Shown one piece after another: positions 39,318 through 49,188 of a DNA stretch of 64,000 nt (the first letter of the stretch is position 1; each line of letters starts with the position of its first letter). Below the pieces are notes generated by a model, which was given only the letters and a program-made list of their open reading frames with translations, was not told the origin of the DNA and did not search any database. This DNA comes from Dehalococcoidia bacterium (GTDB lineage Bacteria; Chloroflexota; Dehalococcoidia; UBA2979). The DNA lies in the NCBI GenBank assembly GCA_964291495.2, contig OZ219872.1, positions 288,001 through 352,000 on the forward strand, given 5' to 3'. Made by a program: the position numbers and the translations under genes.

Positions 39318-39366
39318 GGACGGTGGGCCGCAACGCGAGGCGCCCGCGGCGCGGACGGGCGGCCTT

Positions 39367-40227
39367 GTGAGCCGCGGCGACTTCCACACGCACTCGACCT
39401 GCTCCGACGGCCTGCGCACGCCCACCGAACTCGTGGACCTGGCGGCGGGCCGCGGCGTCCGCATCATGGCGCTCACCGACCACGACACCCTCGACGGACT
39501 CGCCGAGGCGGAGGCCGCGGCCGCGCGCCACCCGGGCTTCACACTCGTGCCGGGCGTCGAGCTGTCATGCGACGTGCCCGGCACCGAGGTGCACATCCTC
39601 GGCTACTTCATCGACCGCGATCGGGCGGAGTTCCGCAAGCAGCTCGATGAGTTTCGCCGGGGCCGGATCGACCGCGCGCGGCGCATCATCGACGCCCTCG
39701 AACGGCTGGGCGCGCCGATCGAGTGGTCGCGCGTGCAGGAACTGGCGGGCGAGGCCTCGGTCGGACGCCCGCACATCGCGCAGGCCCTGCTCGAAGCCGG
39801 GCACATCGAGCGCTTCAATGAGGCCTTCGAGCGCTTCATCGGCCGCAACGGTCCCGCGTACGCCGAACGCCCGAAGCTCGCTCCCGCCGAGGCGATCTCG
39901 ATGATCCGCGAGGCGGGCGGTCTGGCCGTCTTCGCCCACCCCTCGTTCACCGATGATTACCCGCGCGTCGCCGCCAAACTCGCCGCCGCCGGCGCGTTCG
40001 GCCTCGAGGCCTACTACAAGGGCTACAAGCCGGAGCTCGTCGAGGAACTGGCCGCGCTGGCCGAACGCCTGGGCCTGTTCGCGCTCGGCGGGTCGGACTA
40101 CCACGGTATCGATCGCGAGGACGAGCGCCTGCCGGGCGAGATTCCGCTGCCGGACGCCGTGGCCGACGCCTTCCTCGACGCGGCGCGCGAGCGCGGCTGC
40201 CGCGTGCCGGAACCGGCTCGCGGATAG
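39367..40227 (+). CDS. PHP domain protein (TrpH/YciV-like)
   Basis: DFHTHSTCSDG, LTDHD, GRPHIA, AHP, GGSDYHG. Confidence 0.92.
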   Translation: MSRGDFHTHSTCSDGLRTPTELVDLAAGRGVRIMALTDHDTLDGLAEAEAAAARHPGFTLVPGVELSCDVPGTEVHILGYFIDRDRAEFRKQLDEFRRGRIDRARRIIDALERLGAPIEWSRVQELAGEASVGRPHIAQALLEAGHIERFNEAFERFIGRNGPAYAERPKLAPAEAISMIREAGGLAVFAHPSFTDDYPRVAAKLAAAGAFGLEAYYKGYKPELVEELAALAERLGLFALGGSDYHGIDREDERLPGEIPLPDAVADAFLDAARERGCRVPEPARG

Positions 40228-40278
40228 CCCTCGGGAGCGGCCCGCCGCTACACTCGCGGGGAAGCACCCGGAGGCGAG

Positions 40279-40524
40279 ATGTCCCGACGCTCACGCAGGC
40301 AGCGCAACCGGCCCCGGCGCGCTCCGCTGCCCGGCCCCCCTCCGCCCGGACCGCCCGCCCCGGGCGCCACCCCTGCCGCCCGAGCGGCCGCCAGCGAGCG
40401 CCCTCGGAGGTTGCTCGAGCGCGACGCGCCGTTCATCACCGGTGAGCTGCTGCGGATCGGGATGATCAGCGCGGTATGCGGCGGCCTGCTGGTGCTGCTC
40501 GTGCTGATCGATCGGTTCAGGTAG
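40279..40524 (+). CDS. Small protein, basic N-terminus and C-terminal TM
   Basis: GGAGG SD; TACACT -10 upstream. Confidence 0.6.
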   Translation: MSRRSRRQRNRPRRAPLPGPPPPGPPAPGATPAARAAASERPRRLLERDAPFITGELLRIGMISAVCGGLLVLLVLIDRFR

Positions 40525-40549
40525 CGGGCGCGGCCAGACGCCTCGAGGG

Positions 40550-41125
40550 CTACGCGAGGCGGTTCCAGGCGACGAGCGCGCCGATCACCGCGAAGACGAT
40601 GCCGCCGGCGTCCTGCGTGATCAGGTCCAGCTCGCCGGAGACCAGCAGGCGCAACAGCGCCGCCGCCACGATCGCGCCCGAGGCGAGCAACTGCAGTGCG
40701 CGCCCCCGCTTGCGGTTCGTGACCGCATCGAACGCCCGGGCCAGCAGCGTCGCCGCGCCGACGCCGCCGAGCAGCGCGATCGCGAACAGTAGCAGGCTGC
40801 CTACCGGCCTCGGCGGCAACAACAGCGCCGAGGCGACGCCGAGCGCGACGGCGCCGAGCAGCGCGACGGCGCCCGCCCGCAGGTAGTGCCCTGTCTCCAG
40901 CTCGTACATCGGCGGGCGGCGGAGCTGCGCGCAGTCCGGGCAGCGAATGCCACCCGGCGCGTGGATCATGCAGCGCGGACAGATCGCGACCTCGCAGCGT
41001 CCGCAGCGCAGCTCGGTCTCGACATCGTGGTGGCGCTCACAGTGCGGAATGGCTGCCTCCGAAGTCGCGCCGGCCCTCGCGGCGCCGTCCGGCGATTGAC
41101 CCCCCTCGGCGCACGCATCTACCAT
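40550..41125 (-). CDS. B-box-like Zn finger membrane protein
   Basis: CERH...RCGRCEVAICPRCM...RCPDC followed by 4 TM; start uncertain. Confidence 0.75.
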   Translation of the reverse strand: MVDACAEGGQSPDGAARAGATSEAAIPHCERHHDVETELRCGRCEVAICPRCMIHAPGGIRCPDCAQLRRPPMYELETGHYLRAGAVALLGAVALGVASALLLPPRPVGSLLLFAIALLGGVGAATLLARAFDAVTNRKRGRALQLLASGAIVAAALLRLLVSGELDLITQDAGGIVFAVIGALVAWNRLA

Positions 41126-41137
41126 CAAGGGGTAAGC

Positions 41138-41214
41138 GGCCCCGTAGTGTAGCGGTCTAACACGCCACCCTGTCACGGTGGAGATCGGCGGTTCGAATCC
41201 GCTCGGGGTCGCCA
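41138..41214 (+). tRNA. tRNA-Asp (GTC)
   Basis: GGCCCCG/CGGGGTC acceptor, CCACC-CTGTCAC-GGTGG, GGTTCGAATCC, CCA. Confidence 0.97.
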
Positions 41215-41267
41215 GACAACCCGACCTCCGCACGCCCTGCAACCGCCGCCGCTCGCGGCGCTCTCCG

Positions 41268-41804
41268 CTACGCGTCCGCGCCCGGCGGCCCCGCCGCCGA
41301 CTCCACGATCTCGACGGTGTGCAGCAGGTCGCCGGCCGGCAGCTCGCCCGCTGCCGCGGGGTCGCGCGGCGTGAGCGCGCGCGCCGCCTCGAGGCCGTCC
41401 TCGACGCTGCCGAGGTAGGTGAAGCGCCCGCTGAGGTGCGGCGCGTCCTGCAGTGCGATGAAGAACTGCGAGCCGTTGCTGTCGGGCCCGGAGTTGGCCA
41501 GCCCGACGGCGCCCGCCGCGAACGGCTCCTCGGAGAGCTCGTCGCGCAGGCGGTAGCCGGGCCCGCCGTGACCGCGCCCCGTCGGGTCGCCGCCCTGCGC
41601 GATGAAGCCCGGGATCACGCGGTGGAACGTCGTACCGTCGTAGAACCCCTCACGCGCGAGGAAGACGAACGAGTTGACCGACTCCGGAGCGAGATCGGGA
41701 CGCAGCCGGATGCGGATCGCTCCCCGCGCAGTCTCGAGGAGCGCGTGGCAGGCGCCGTCTTCGGCCAGCCCCATCGGGGCCGGCTCCTCGTAGCGGCGCG
41801 CCAC
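41268..41804 (-). CDS. Cyclophilin-type peptidyl-prolyl isomerase (soluble)
   Basis: FVFLAREGFYDG..FHRVIPGFIAQGGDPTG, NGSQFFI. Confidence 0.92.
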   Translation of the reverse strand: MARRYEEPAPMGLAEDGACHALLETARGAIRIRLRPDLAPESVNSFVFLAREGFYDGTTFHRVIPGFIAQGGDPTGRGHGGPGYRLRDELSEEPFAAGAVGLANSGPDSNGSQFFIALQDAPHLSGRFTYLGSVEDGLEAARALTPRDPAAAGELPAGDLLHTVEIVESAAGPPGADA

Positions 41805-41805
41805 C

Positions 41806-42636
41806 CTACTCGCCTCCGCCCGCCGTCTCAATGATCTCGATGCTGATGATGCGGTCGGCGGGCGGCGCGCCAGGGCCGGGCTCGCGCGCGGTCAGCGAGC
41901 GCGCGACATCGAGGCCCTCGATCACGCGGCCGAAGACGGTGAAGTCGGGCTCCAGGAACGGGGTCGGATCGAGCGTGATGAAGAACTGCGAGCCGCTCAC
42001 CGCAGTGGACTTCGCCATCGAGATGACGCCGGCGTCGAACGGCAGCTCGTTCGTCTCCTCCTCGAGGCTGTAGCCGGGTCCGCCCGCGCCCCCGCCGGTA
42101 GGGTCGCCGCCCTGGGCGACGAAGCCGGTGAGGACGCGGTGGAAGGTGAGGCCGTCGTAGAAGCGGTTGCGCGCGAGGAAGACGAAGTTGTTGACGTAGC
42201 CGGGAGCCTCTTCGGGCAGTAGCTCGACCCGGATGTCGCCGCGTTCCGTGCGAATCAGTGCCTCGTAGCGGTTGGCCGGATCGATCTCCATCGCCGGGGG
42301 CTCGCTGTACGTACGGAGGATCCCGTCGGCGTCCGGCGTCGGGGTCGGCTCCGGCGTTGGTTCGGAGGTCCCCTCGGCCGCCGCGGCCGCCTCGGTCGGC
42401 GTTGGAGTCGGCGTCGGCTCGGGCGACTGGTTGCCGAACTGCGTGGTGATGAAGACGCCGCCGAGGCTGACGACCAGCACCATGATGCCGACCGCGAAGA
42501 GCACCCGCTGGCGGCGCTGCAGCCAGCCGAAGATGCCGGGGAACTCCACTGGGCCGGCGGGATCGTAGCTGCGCAACTGGCTGCGGCGCGCGCGCTGCCG
42601 CTGGCGGCGGCGTTGCCTTCGGCGATCGTTACTCAC
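41806..42636 (-). CDS. Membrane-anchored cyclophilin-type PPIase
   Basis: Arg-rich N-term, TM, PT linker, FHRVLTGFVAQGGDPTG, GSQFFIT, TVFGRV. Confidence 0.92.
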   Translation of the reverse strand: MSNDRRRQRRRQRQRARRSQLRSYDPAGPVEFPGIFGWLQRRQRVLFAVGIMVLVVSLGGVFITTQFGNQSPEPTPTPTPTEAAAAAEGTSEPTPEPTPTPDADGILRTYSEPPAMEIDPANRYEALIRTERGDIRVELLPEEAPGYVNNFVFLARNRFYDGLTFHRVLTGFVAQGGDPTGGGAGGPGYSLEEETNELPFDAGVISMAKSTAVSGSQFFITLDPTPFLEPDFTVFGRVIEGLDVARSLTAREPGPGAPPADRIISIEIIETAGGGE

Positions 42637-42846
42637 GCGCGTCTCCTTGCCTCCTGGCTCCGGTTGCCGAGGCCGCCGGTCGCCTCGGCGAATGTACTAC
42701 GAACTCGGCGGAGGGTAATCGGAGTCCGCTCGGCGGGCTCGCCTGGTGAAGTCTTGAACGAGATCTCGATGTCGCGGATCGCCTGCGACAGCGCCCCGTC
42801 GATCAGGCTATCGTGCAGTGGGATCACACGGAGCACAGGGGGAGCC

Positions 42847-43371
42847 ATGAGTACCGTCGCATTCATCCAGCGCAGCCTCGAGTTCACGCACGCCGCGCTC
42901 ATCGACGCGCGCAACGGCAGCGACGAGCAACTGCACTTCGTCCCCGAGGACGGCAGCCACTCGATCGCCTGGTGCCTCTGGCACACCTCGCGCGTCGAGG
43001 ACCTGATCATCAGCCGCGTGATGGGTCAGCCTCAGCTGTGGACCGAGGAGTGGGCCAACCGCACCGGCCTCGCCCTTGAGGGCTTCGGCACCGGCATGTC
43101 CGACGAGGACGCCCGGCAGGTCCGCGTCACGGACCTCGACGCGCTCGGCAGCTACCAGGACGCCGTCTTCGAGCGCACGTCGCAGTTCCTCGCGAACGCC
43201 ACGGACGAGGACCTCGAGCGTGAGATTCCGGCCCGCAACGGCAGCGAGAGCGTCGGCGAGGCGATCTCGCTGCACATGATGGGCCACTTCAACGGCCACC
43301 GCGGGGAGATCAACCTCCTCCGCGGCATGCAGGGCATGCCCACCGTCATGGCCGCCCAGGGCACCCACTAG
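42847..43371 (+). CDS. DinB family protein
   Basis: SIAWCLWH, HFNGHRGEI metal triad; GGGGGAG SD. Confidence 0.88.
   Translation: MSTVAFIQRSLEFTHAALIDARNGSDEQLHFVPEDGSHSIAWCLWHTSRVEDLIISRVMGQPQLWTEEWANRTGLALEGFGTGMSDEDARQVRVTDLDALGSYQDAVFERTSQFLANATDEDLEREIPARNGSESVGEAISLHMMGHFNGHRGEINLLRGMQGMPTVMAAQGTH
43197..43371 (+). repeat. 175-bp direct repeat, left copy (3' end of DinB-family gene)
   Basis: Matches 52151-52325 with 2 mismatches. Confidence 0.95.
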
Positions 43372-43757
43372 AGTGCATTCGCCGCCCTGCGCCATCAGTC
43401 TCAGCCGGGCGTGGCGCGACCACCCGCAGTTTGGGGCCACACGGACGCCCACGCCGCCCGAAGTAATGGCGGGTTCCAACGGCTCCGGAGCCGTCTCGCC
43501 GGCCCACTGCAAGCCCTGCACCGCGTCGGCCCTCGTACGCCGGATGGCGCCGCTCAAGGGCGGATGGTGCTACCCGGCTGGCGGTTCGAACCGAGTCTCC
43601 CAGAATCTACGTGCTCGGTACGCTCCCCATTAGGGCGGGGGTGCGTGGCGCGGGAACGCGGTCCGGCTGTAGCACCTCACGCTGGTGCCGCGCGGCGACT
43701 CGCCGGCCGCGCTCTCGGCCTGGCGCAAGCCACAGGTCTCCAGCCGTCGTTCCTGTG

Positions 43758-44603
43758 TCAGCTCGACTCCACTCGTGCATGCACCAGCGCGCCAGCGAAC
43801 CGGCGCCGCACCGTCGGGACGCAGGACAGCAGCCGATACAGGCGCGTTCTCGATGGGAACGGATCGGCGTAGCTCTGCACCGAGACGGGTCGGAGGCCGG
43901 GAATCCCACAGAGGAACGCCGCGACATCGTCGATCGGGATGCCCCAGGGCATCGGCGGCGTCCTGTACAGCTTGGTCCGGCGCCAGCCACGCTCGCTGCG
44001 CCGCGCGAGGAACGGCGGAATCGTGTCGAAGAAGACCTCCGCGCCCGGGAATCGCTCGGCGATCCGCGCCAGCAGCCTTCGGACCTCGTCCTCCGTGAAG
44101 TACATCAGCAGGCCTGAGGCCGAGATGAACGGCCGCACCCCGGCAGGCACGCCGTCCATCCACTCCGCGTCGAGCGCCGAGCACTCCACCGCCTCGGGGC
44201 CGTCGGCCGGCAGCAGCGACCGCCGCACGCCGATCGCCTCGGGCACGTCGACGCTCACCCACCGCACCCGCTCGTCGCCGATCCGCCAGTACTGCGTCTC
44301 GAGGCCCTCCCCGAGGGCGACGACCAGCGGCTGACCGAGTGTGCTCGCGATGAAGTCCCGGACCAGGTCGTCGCAGACCCGGGCGCGAATGGCGTGCATC
44401 ACGTTCGGCTTTCCGAAGTGCCCACGAAAGTCGTAGTCGATCCGATCGACGAGCTCGATCGCCAGTGGATCCTCGATGAGCGGGCGCCTCCGCCGCGCCT
44501 CGGCGGCTCGGTTCCAGAGCGACCAGAGCATGGTCTCCGGGACCCCGCTGAGCTCGACCTGCTCGGTGGCGCCCGTGCTACCGGACTCCTGAGAAGCACT
44601 CAT
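43758..44603 (-). CDS. Class I SAM-dependent methyltransferase (LCM/TcmP-like)
   Basis: LSGVPETMLWSL..RA, VVALGEGLETQ, WVSVDVPE, GLLMYF. Confidence 0.88.
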   Translation of the reverse strand: MSASQESGSTGATEQVELSGVPETMLWSLWNRAAEARRRRPLIEDPLAIELVDRIDYDFRGHFGKPNVMHAIRARVCDDLVRDFIASTLGQPLVVALGEGLETQYWRIGDERVRWVSVDVPEAIGVRRSLLPADGPEAVECSALDAEWMDGVPAGVRPFISASGLLMYFTEDEVRRLLARIAERFPGAEVFFDTIPPFLARRSERGWRRTKLYRTPPMPWGIPIDDVAAFLCGIPGLRPVSVQSYADPFPSRTRLYRLLSCVPTVRRRFAGALVHARVESS

Positions 44604-44654
44604 CCGACATCCTTCCGGCAGCGGCACGGCCAACGCCGCGAGCCTAGATGCGAG

Positions 44655-45356
44655 CTACCTCGCGAGCACGTCTTCGAGCGTTCGGCCGTCGTTGAAGCGG
44701 AGCGACGCGACACGGTGCTCGCGACCGGCGCCGATCCGGTAGCTGAACCCGGCGGCCTCGACCGTTACGGCATCCTCCGAGGCGCGCGGCGTGCCTCCAC
44801 CGAGCATCGCCGCGAGGCGTTCCGCTAACTCCACCGGCTGCGCGCTCTCGAGCTCAAGCGACGCGAGACGGAGCAGCCCGTTCGCATGCCGGCGGTCGCC
44901 CTCCGGGATCGCCGGTGCTGGTTCGTACGGACTCATCACGAACGGCAGATCGAGGCGGGGAGGCAGCGTCAGGGACCAGCGCAGCGTCACCCCGTCTGCT
45001 CCGGTCCGCTCCGCCCCGAACGCAGGGCCCGTCTCAATCCCGCGCGCGGCCAGCCCCTCGAGGATCGCCTCCATCGGCCTGTCGCCCTCGAGCGCGTGCT
45101 CGCACAGCCCGCGCGCGTCTACCCACGCCCCGACACGTGGTGGCATCCGCGCGCGGAACTCGTCCGGATCGGCGTCCGCCGGTACAGGGTCGAACAGCTC
45201 GATGAACGGCCCCTCGCGGAAGTGGATCAGCGCGTTGTGCGCCGTCCCGGGATCGCTGCCCCACTGCACAGTGAATCCGGCGGCCTCGTACTCCGCGACG
45301 GATCGCGCCAGATCCTCCGCACGCACGAGCACGTGGCTCGGGATCAGATCGCTCAT
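44655..45356 (-). CDS. VOC/glyoxalase-like protein
   Basis: SHVLV, GTAHNALIHF..GPFIEL, R..ADG..LRW, LPFV. Confidence 0.85.
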   Translation of the reverse strand: MSDLIPSHVLVRAEDLARSVAEYEAAGFTVQWGSDPGTAHNALIHFREGPFIELFDPVPADADPDEFRARMPPRVGAWVDARGLCEHALEGDRPMEAILEGLAARGIETGPAFGAERTGADGVTLRWSLTLPPRLDLPFVMSPYEPAPAIPEGDRRHANGLLRLASLELESAQPVELAERLAAMLGGGTPRASEDAVTVEAAGFSYRIGAGREHRVASLRFNDGRTLEDVLAR

Positions 45357-45562
45357 TCGGTGTCGTCCAGTCCGTAGTCACGGTCCGGCTGATCGGACCG
45401 GCTGAGCCTCCAGTGCCCCGCCTCACCCACCTGCTCCGCAGGTCTCTCTGAGCCAGTTCCGTGGTTTGACGCTACCGCGCAACTGGGATTAAGGTTGCCC
45501 GCTGCAATGATACAGAGTCTCAATAGGCAGGGCCAGTCGGCTCTGCGGGAGGAGGATCCCGA

Positions 45563-47251
45563 ATGAACGACGAGCGATTGAGCCGCCGACGGCTCCTGAA
45601 GCTGGCCGCCGGATCGATGTTCGTCTTGGCGGCCGCGCCGGTGCTCATCGGCTGCGACGCCGATGACGACGATCCCTCGCCGCCGCCGACCGGCACCCCG
45701 CAGCCATCGAGTGGCGCCGCCACGCCGACGGCCACCGCCACCGCCGAGGCAGCCGCGACGGCCGCCGCGACCGCCGCTCCGACGGTCGCCGCCACCGCCA
45801 CGCCGACGGCCACCGCCCAGGCGCCCGCCCCCGCGAGCGGCGGCCGCGTCCGCGTCGCCGCGGGCGGCAGCGCCACCGCCACGTTCAATCCGTTCAACGC
45901 CGCGGGCAGCGCCGACTACGCCGGCTTCTACCACGTCTTCGACAGCCTGGCCCAGCTCAGCGGTTCGGAGGTGCGGCTTGGCGTCGCCGAGTCGATCGAG
46001 CCGAACGTGGACGGGACCGAGTGGACGATCGTCCTCAGGGACGCCACCTTCCACGACGGCCGACCGCTGACCTCGGCCGACGTCGCCTACACGCTGCGCT
46101 CGTTGGCCGACCCGGAGGTGGCTCCGCGCCTCGCCGGCGGCTTCAGCATGATCGACGCCGCCAACATCTCGACCCCGGACGCCCGCACGGTCGCCGTGCC
46201 GCTGACGGTCCCGCGCGGCGACTTCCTCGACGCCGAGCTGTCGATCACGTCGATCGTGCTTCCCGAGGGCTCGATCGGCGGGCCTGGCGCGATCGGCACC
46301 GGCCCGTTCAGGCTGGAGGCCTTCGAGGCCGGCAGCAGCATCCGGATGGTCCGCAACGCGGACTATTGGGACGCTCCTGCGCTGCTCGATGAGCTTGAAG
46401 TCGTGGTCGTCAATGACCCGACCGCGCGGTTGAATGCGCTGAAGGGCGGCGAAATCGAGTTCGCCTGGGGGCTCACGCCCGCCGCCGCCAGGGCGGAGGA
46501 AGGCAACGAAGCGATCGCCCTGCACCGGGGCGGCGCCGCGAACTCCCGGGCGATGGGGTTCGCAGCGAACATCACGCTGCCGCCCTTCGATAACCCGGAT
46601 GCGGTACGGGCACTGAAGCTCGCGGTCGACCGGCAGGCGTTCGTCGACACCGTATTGCTGGGATTTGGCGAACTCGGGAACGACCTCGTCGGCAAGGGGC
46701 TCCCGGGGTACGCGGACGTGATTCCCCAGACGGAGCGCGACGTGCAGCAGGCGCGGGCGCTCTTCGAGTCCGCGGGGGTGACCGAGCTGACGATGCTGAC
46801 CGGCGAGACCACCGCCGGGACGGTCGCGGCTGCTGAGCTGCTGGTGCAGCAGCTGGCGGAGGCCGGCGTCACGCTCACGCTGGACGAGCTGCCGGCGGAC
46901 CAGTACTACTCCGACTTTGCTCGACTGTTCTCCACGCCGTTGCAGTCGTGCTGGTGGGTCAACCGGCCGGCTGACGTGCACCTCACGTCATTCACCGGCT
47001 CCAAAGCGGGCTTCAACCTCACCGGCATCGGCAACGAGGAGTACGATGGGCTGCTGGCGAGCGCGCAGGCCACCGTCGATCGCGATGAGCGCCTTGCGAT
47101 CGTTGAGCAGCTGCAGCAGTACTCGTTCGACCATGACGGCATGGTGATCTGGGGCTACCGGGAAGACCTCAACGCCTCCGTACCCGGGCTGACCGGCGTC
47201 TCGTTCACGCAGTCGGCGCCACTGTTCCATCGAGCATCGCTCGAGGCATAG
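45563..47251 (+). CDS. ABC transporter substrate-binding lipoprotein (family 5), Tat signal
   Basis: LSRRRLLK, LIGC, LRDATFHDGRPLTSADVAYT, IGTGPF, RNADYW. Confidence 0.92.
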   Translation: MNDERLSRRRLLKLAAGSMFVLAAAPVLIGCDADDDDPSPPPTGTPQPSSGAATPTATATAEAAATAAATAAPTVAATATPTATAQAPAPASGGRVRVAAGGSATATFNPFNAAGSADYAGFYHVFDSLAQLSGSEVRLGVAESIEPNVDGTEWTIVLRDATFHDGRPLTSADVAYTLRSLADPEVAPRLAGGFSMIDAANISTPDARTVAVPLTVPRGDFLDAELSITSIVLPEGSIGGPGAIGTGPFRLEAFEAGSSIRMVRNADYWDAPALLDELEVVVVNDPTARLNALKGGEIEFAWGLTPAAARAEEGNEAIALHRGGAANSRAMGFAANITLPPFDNPDAVRALKLAVDRQAFVDTVLLGFGELGNDLVGKGLPGYADVIPQTERDVQQARALFESAGVTELTMLTGETTAGTVAAAELLVQQLAEAGVTLTLDELPADQYYSDFARLFSTPLQSCWWVNRPADVHLTSFTGSKAGFNLTGIGNEEYDGLLASAQATVDRDERLAIVEQLQQYSFDHDGMVIWGYREDLNASVPGLTGVSFTQSAPLFHRASLEA

Positions 47252-47257
47252 CCGGGA

Positions 47258-47275
47258 CGGCGGGGCGCCCCGCCG
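47258..47275. other. 18-bp palindrome after the SBP gene (probable mRNA-stabilising hairpin)
   Basis: CGGCGGGGC|GCCCCGCCG. Confidence 0.5.
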
Positions 47276-47353
47276 GAAAGGGCCGGACCGAATGACAGTG
47301 CCTCCCTGCTGGAACCGGCGCCGGCGCCGGCCCGGTCCGGCGCGACGGCAGGC

Positions 47354-48319
47354 ATGAGCGCGCGCCCGCATCCGATCGTGCGAGCCCTGGCTCGACGGAT
47401 CGCGGCGAGCGTCGCCGTGCTCCTTGGCGTGTCGGTGCTGCTCTTTGCCGCGACGGCCGTGCTGCCCGGCGATCCGGCCTCGAGGATGCTCGGTCAGGAC
47501 GCCACCCCCGAGAACCTCGAGGCGATGCGGCGGCAGCTGGGTCTCGACCGCCCCGTTCCGGTGCAATACGCCGACTGGCTGGGCGGAGTGCTGACCGGCG
47601 ACTTGGGCACCGCCACAACCGGTCGCCCGGTCGGTCCGCTGCTCCGCGAGCGGGCGAGCAACTCGCTCATCCTCGCCGGCGCCGCCGCGAGCCTGACCGT
47701 GGCGATCGCCCTCGTGGTCGGCGTGGCCAGCGGCCTTCGCGCCGGCCGGCCGGCGGACTCGGCGCTTTCGGTCGGAGCACTGGTCGGGGTCAGCGTCCCC
47801 GACTTCGTGGTCGCGGGCGTGCTGATCTCGCTCTTCGCCTTCACGCTCCAGTGGTTTCCGCCCGTGTCGCTCATCCTCGCGGGGGGCAGCCCGCTCGACC
47901 GGCCATCGATCCTGGTGTTGCCGGCGGTCGCCCTGGCGGCACCGGCCGGTTCGTGGGCCAGCCGCTACGTGCGTGCGGCCGTCGTGGACGCGCGGACCGC
48001 GCCGAACGTCGAGGCGGCGCGGCTCGCCGGCCTCTCACCCCAGCGCGTGCTGCTTCGTCACCTGCTGCCCGGGGTGATCGGCCCAACCGCGCAGGTGTTC
48101 GCGGCGGCGACGGGCTTCCTCGTCGGGGGTTCGGTCGTCGTCGAGGGGATCTTCGCCTACCCGGGGATGGGCTCCTTGCTGGCGAACGCCGTCGCCGTCG
48201 AGGACGTCGACGTGATCCTCGCCACGGGCCTCGTGATGGCGACCGCGGTGGTCGCCTCCTTCCTGGTCGCCGACCTCGCCGGTGTGTTGTCGAACCCGCG
48301 GCTGAGGACCGCGCCATGA
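47354..48319 (+). CDS. ABC transporter permease (DppB-like)
   Basis: LPGDPA, LGLDRP..VQY..WL, EAARLAGL, VVVEGIFAYPGMG. Confidence 0.92.
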   Translation: MSARPHPIVRALARRIAASVAVLLGVSVLLFAATAVLPGDPASRMLGQDATPENLEAMRRQLGLDRPVPVQYADWLGGVLTGDLGTATTGRPVGPLLRERASNSLILAGAAASLTVAIALVVGVASGLRAGRPADSALSVGALVGVSVPDFVVAGVLISLFAFTLQWFPPVSLILAGGSPLDRPSILVLPAVALAAPAGSWASRYVRAAVVDARTAPNVEAARLAGLSPQRVLLRHLLPGVIGPTAQVFAAATGFLVGGSVVVEGIFAYPGMGSLLANAVAVEDVDVILATGLVMATAVVASFLVADLAGVLSNPRLRTAP

Positions 48320-49188
48320 CCGCGCGAGCCGACGTCACCGAGGCCTCTGCGACCGGGACGCGCCACATTGATCGGGCGGGCGCGATCACCGCCGGCGCGG
48401 GCCGCTTCGCGCTGCTGCTCGTCGCGGTTCCCGGGGTCGTCGTGATCGTGCTGGCGATCATCGGTCCCTGGATTGCGCCGCATCCGCTGGGCGCGACGGT
48501 AGCGCCGCCGTTCGAGCCGCCGGGCGACGGTCATCCCTTCGGGACGGATCGTCTGGGGCGAGATCTGTGGTCGCAGGCCCTCTACGGCGGGCGCGGCCTG
48601 CTGATCGTGCCGCTGATCGCCACCGTCGCGACCGTCTTCGTCGGCGCGGCGGTCGGCATGACCGCCGGCTACCTGCGGGGCCGTGTCGACGCCCTGACCC
48701 TCGCCATGCTCGATCTGCTGCTCGTGCTGCCTGGCGTGCTGGTGATGCTCGTCCTCGCCTCGGGCTGGGGCGCGGGACCGGTGGTGATCGTGATCGCGAT
48801 GGTGCTCACGGGCTCCCCGTTCCTCGCCCGCCTCGCGCGCGCCGCCACGCTCGATGTCAGCCAGGCCCCCTTCGTTCAGGTCAGCGTCACGCAGGGAGAC
48901 GGCACCTTCACCATCCTGCGCCGCGACGTGCTGCCCAACGTCGTCGGGCCGCTCCTCGCCGACTCCGGCATGCGCTTCCTGGGTGCGCTCTACCTCGTCG
49001 CGGCGCTCAGCCTCCTCGGTTTCGGACCGCCGACCCCCGAGACGAACTGGGCGGTGATGATCCGCGAGAACGCCGAGGGCGCCGGCCTGAACGTCTGGGC
49101 GCTGGCGCTGCCGGCGCTGCTGATCGCGCTGCTATCGATCGCGGTGAACGTGGTGCTGCAGACCGTCGCCGATCGGTTCGCACGATGA
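48316..49188 (+). CDS. ABC transporter permease (DppC-like)
   Basis: HPFGTDRLGRD, DVLPNV, LSLLGFG. Confidence 0.9.
   Translation: MTARADVTEASATGTRHIDRAGAITAGAGRFALLLVAVPGVVVIVLAIIGPWIAPHPLGATVAPPFEPPGDGHPFGTDRLGRDLWSQALYGGRGLLIVPLIATVATVFVGAAVGMTAGYLRGRVDALTLAMLDLLLVLPGVLVMLVLASGWGAGPVVIVIAMVLTGSPFLARLARAATLDVSQAPFVQVSVTQGDGTFTILRRDVLPNVVGPLLADSGMRFLGALYLVAALSLLGFGPPTPETNWAVMIRENAEGAGLNVWALALPALLIALLSIAVNVVLQTVADRFAR

Noticed and set aside
43565-43600. tRNA-3'-end-like sequence on the - strand (GGTTCGAACC...GCACCA) near the island's left end
   Set aside because: No proper T-stem/acceptor pairing and poor identity to tRNA-Arg, so not a credible att site
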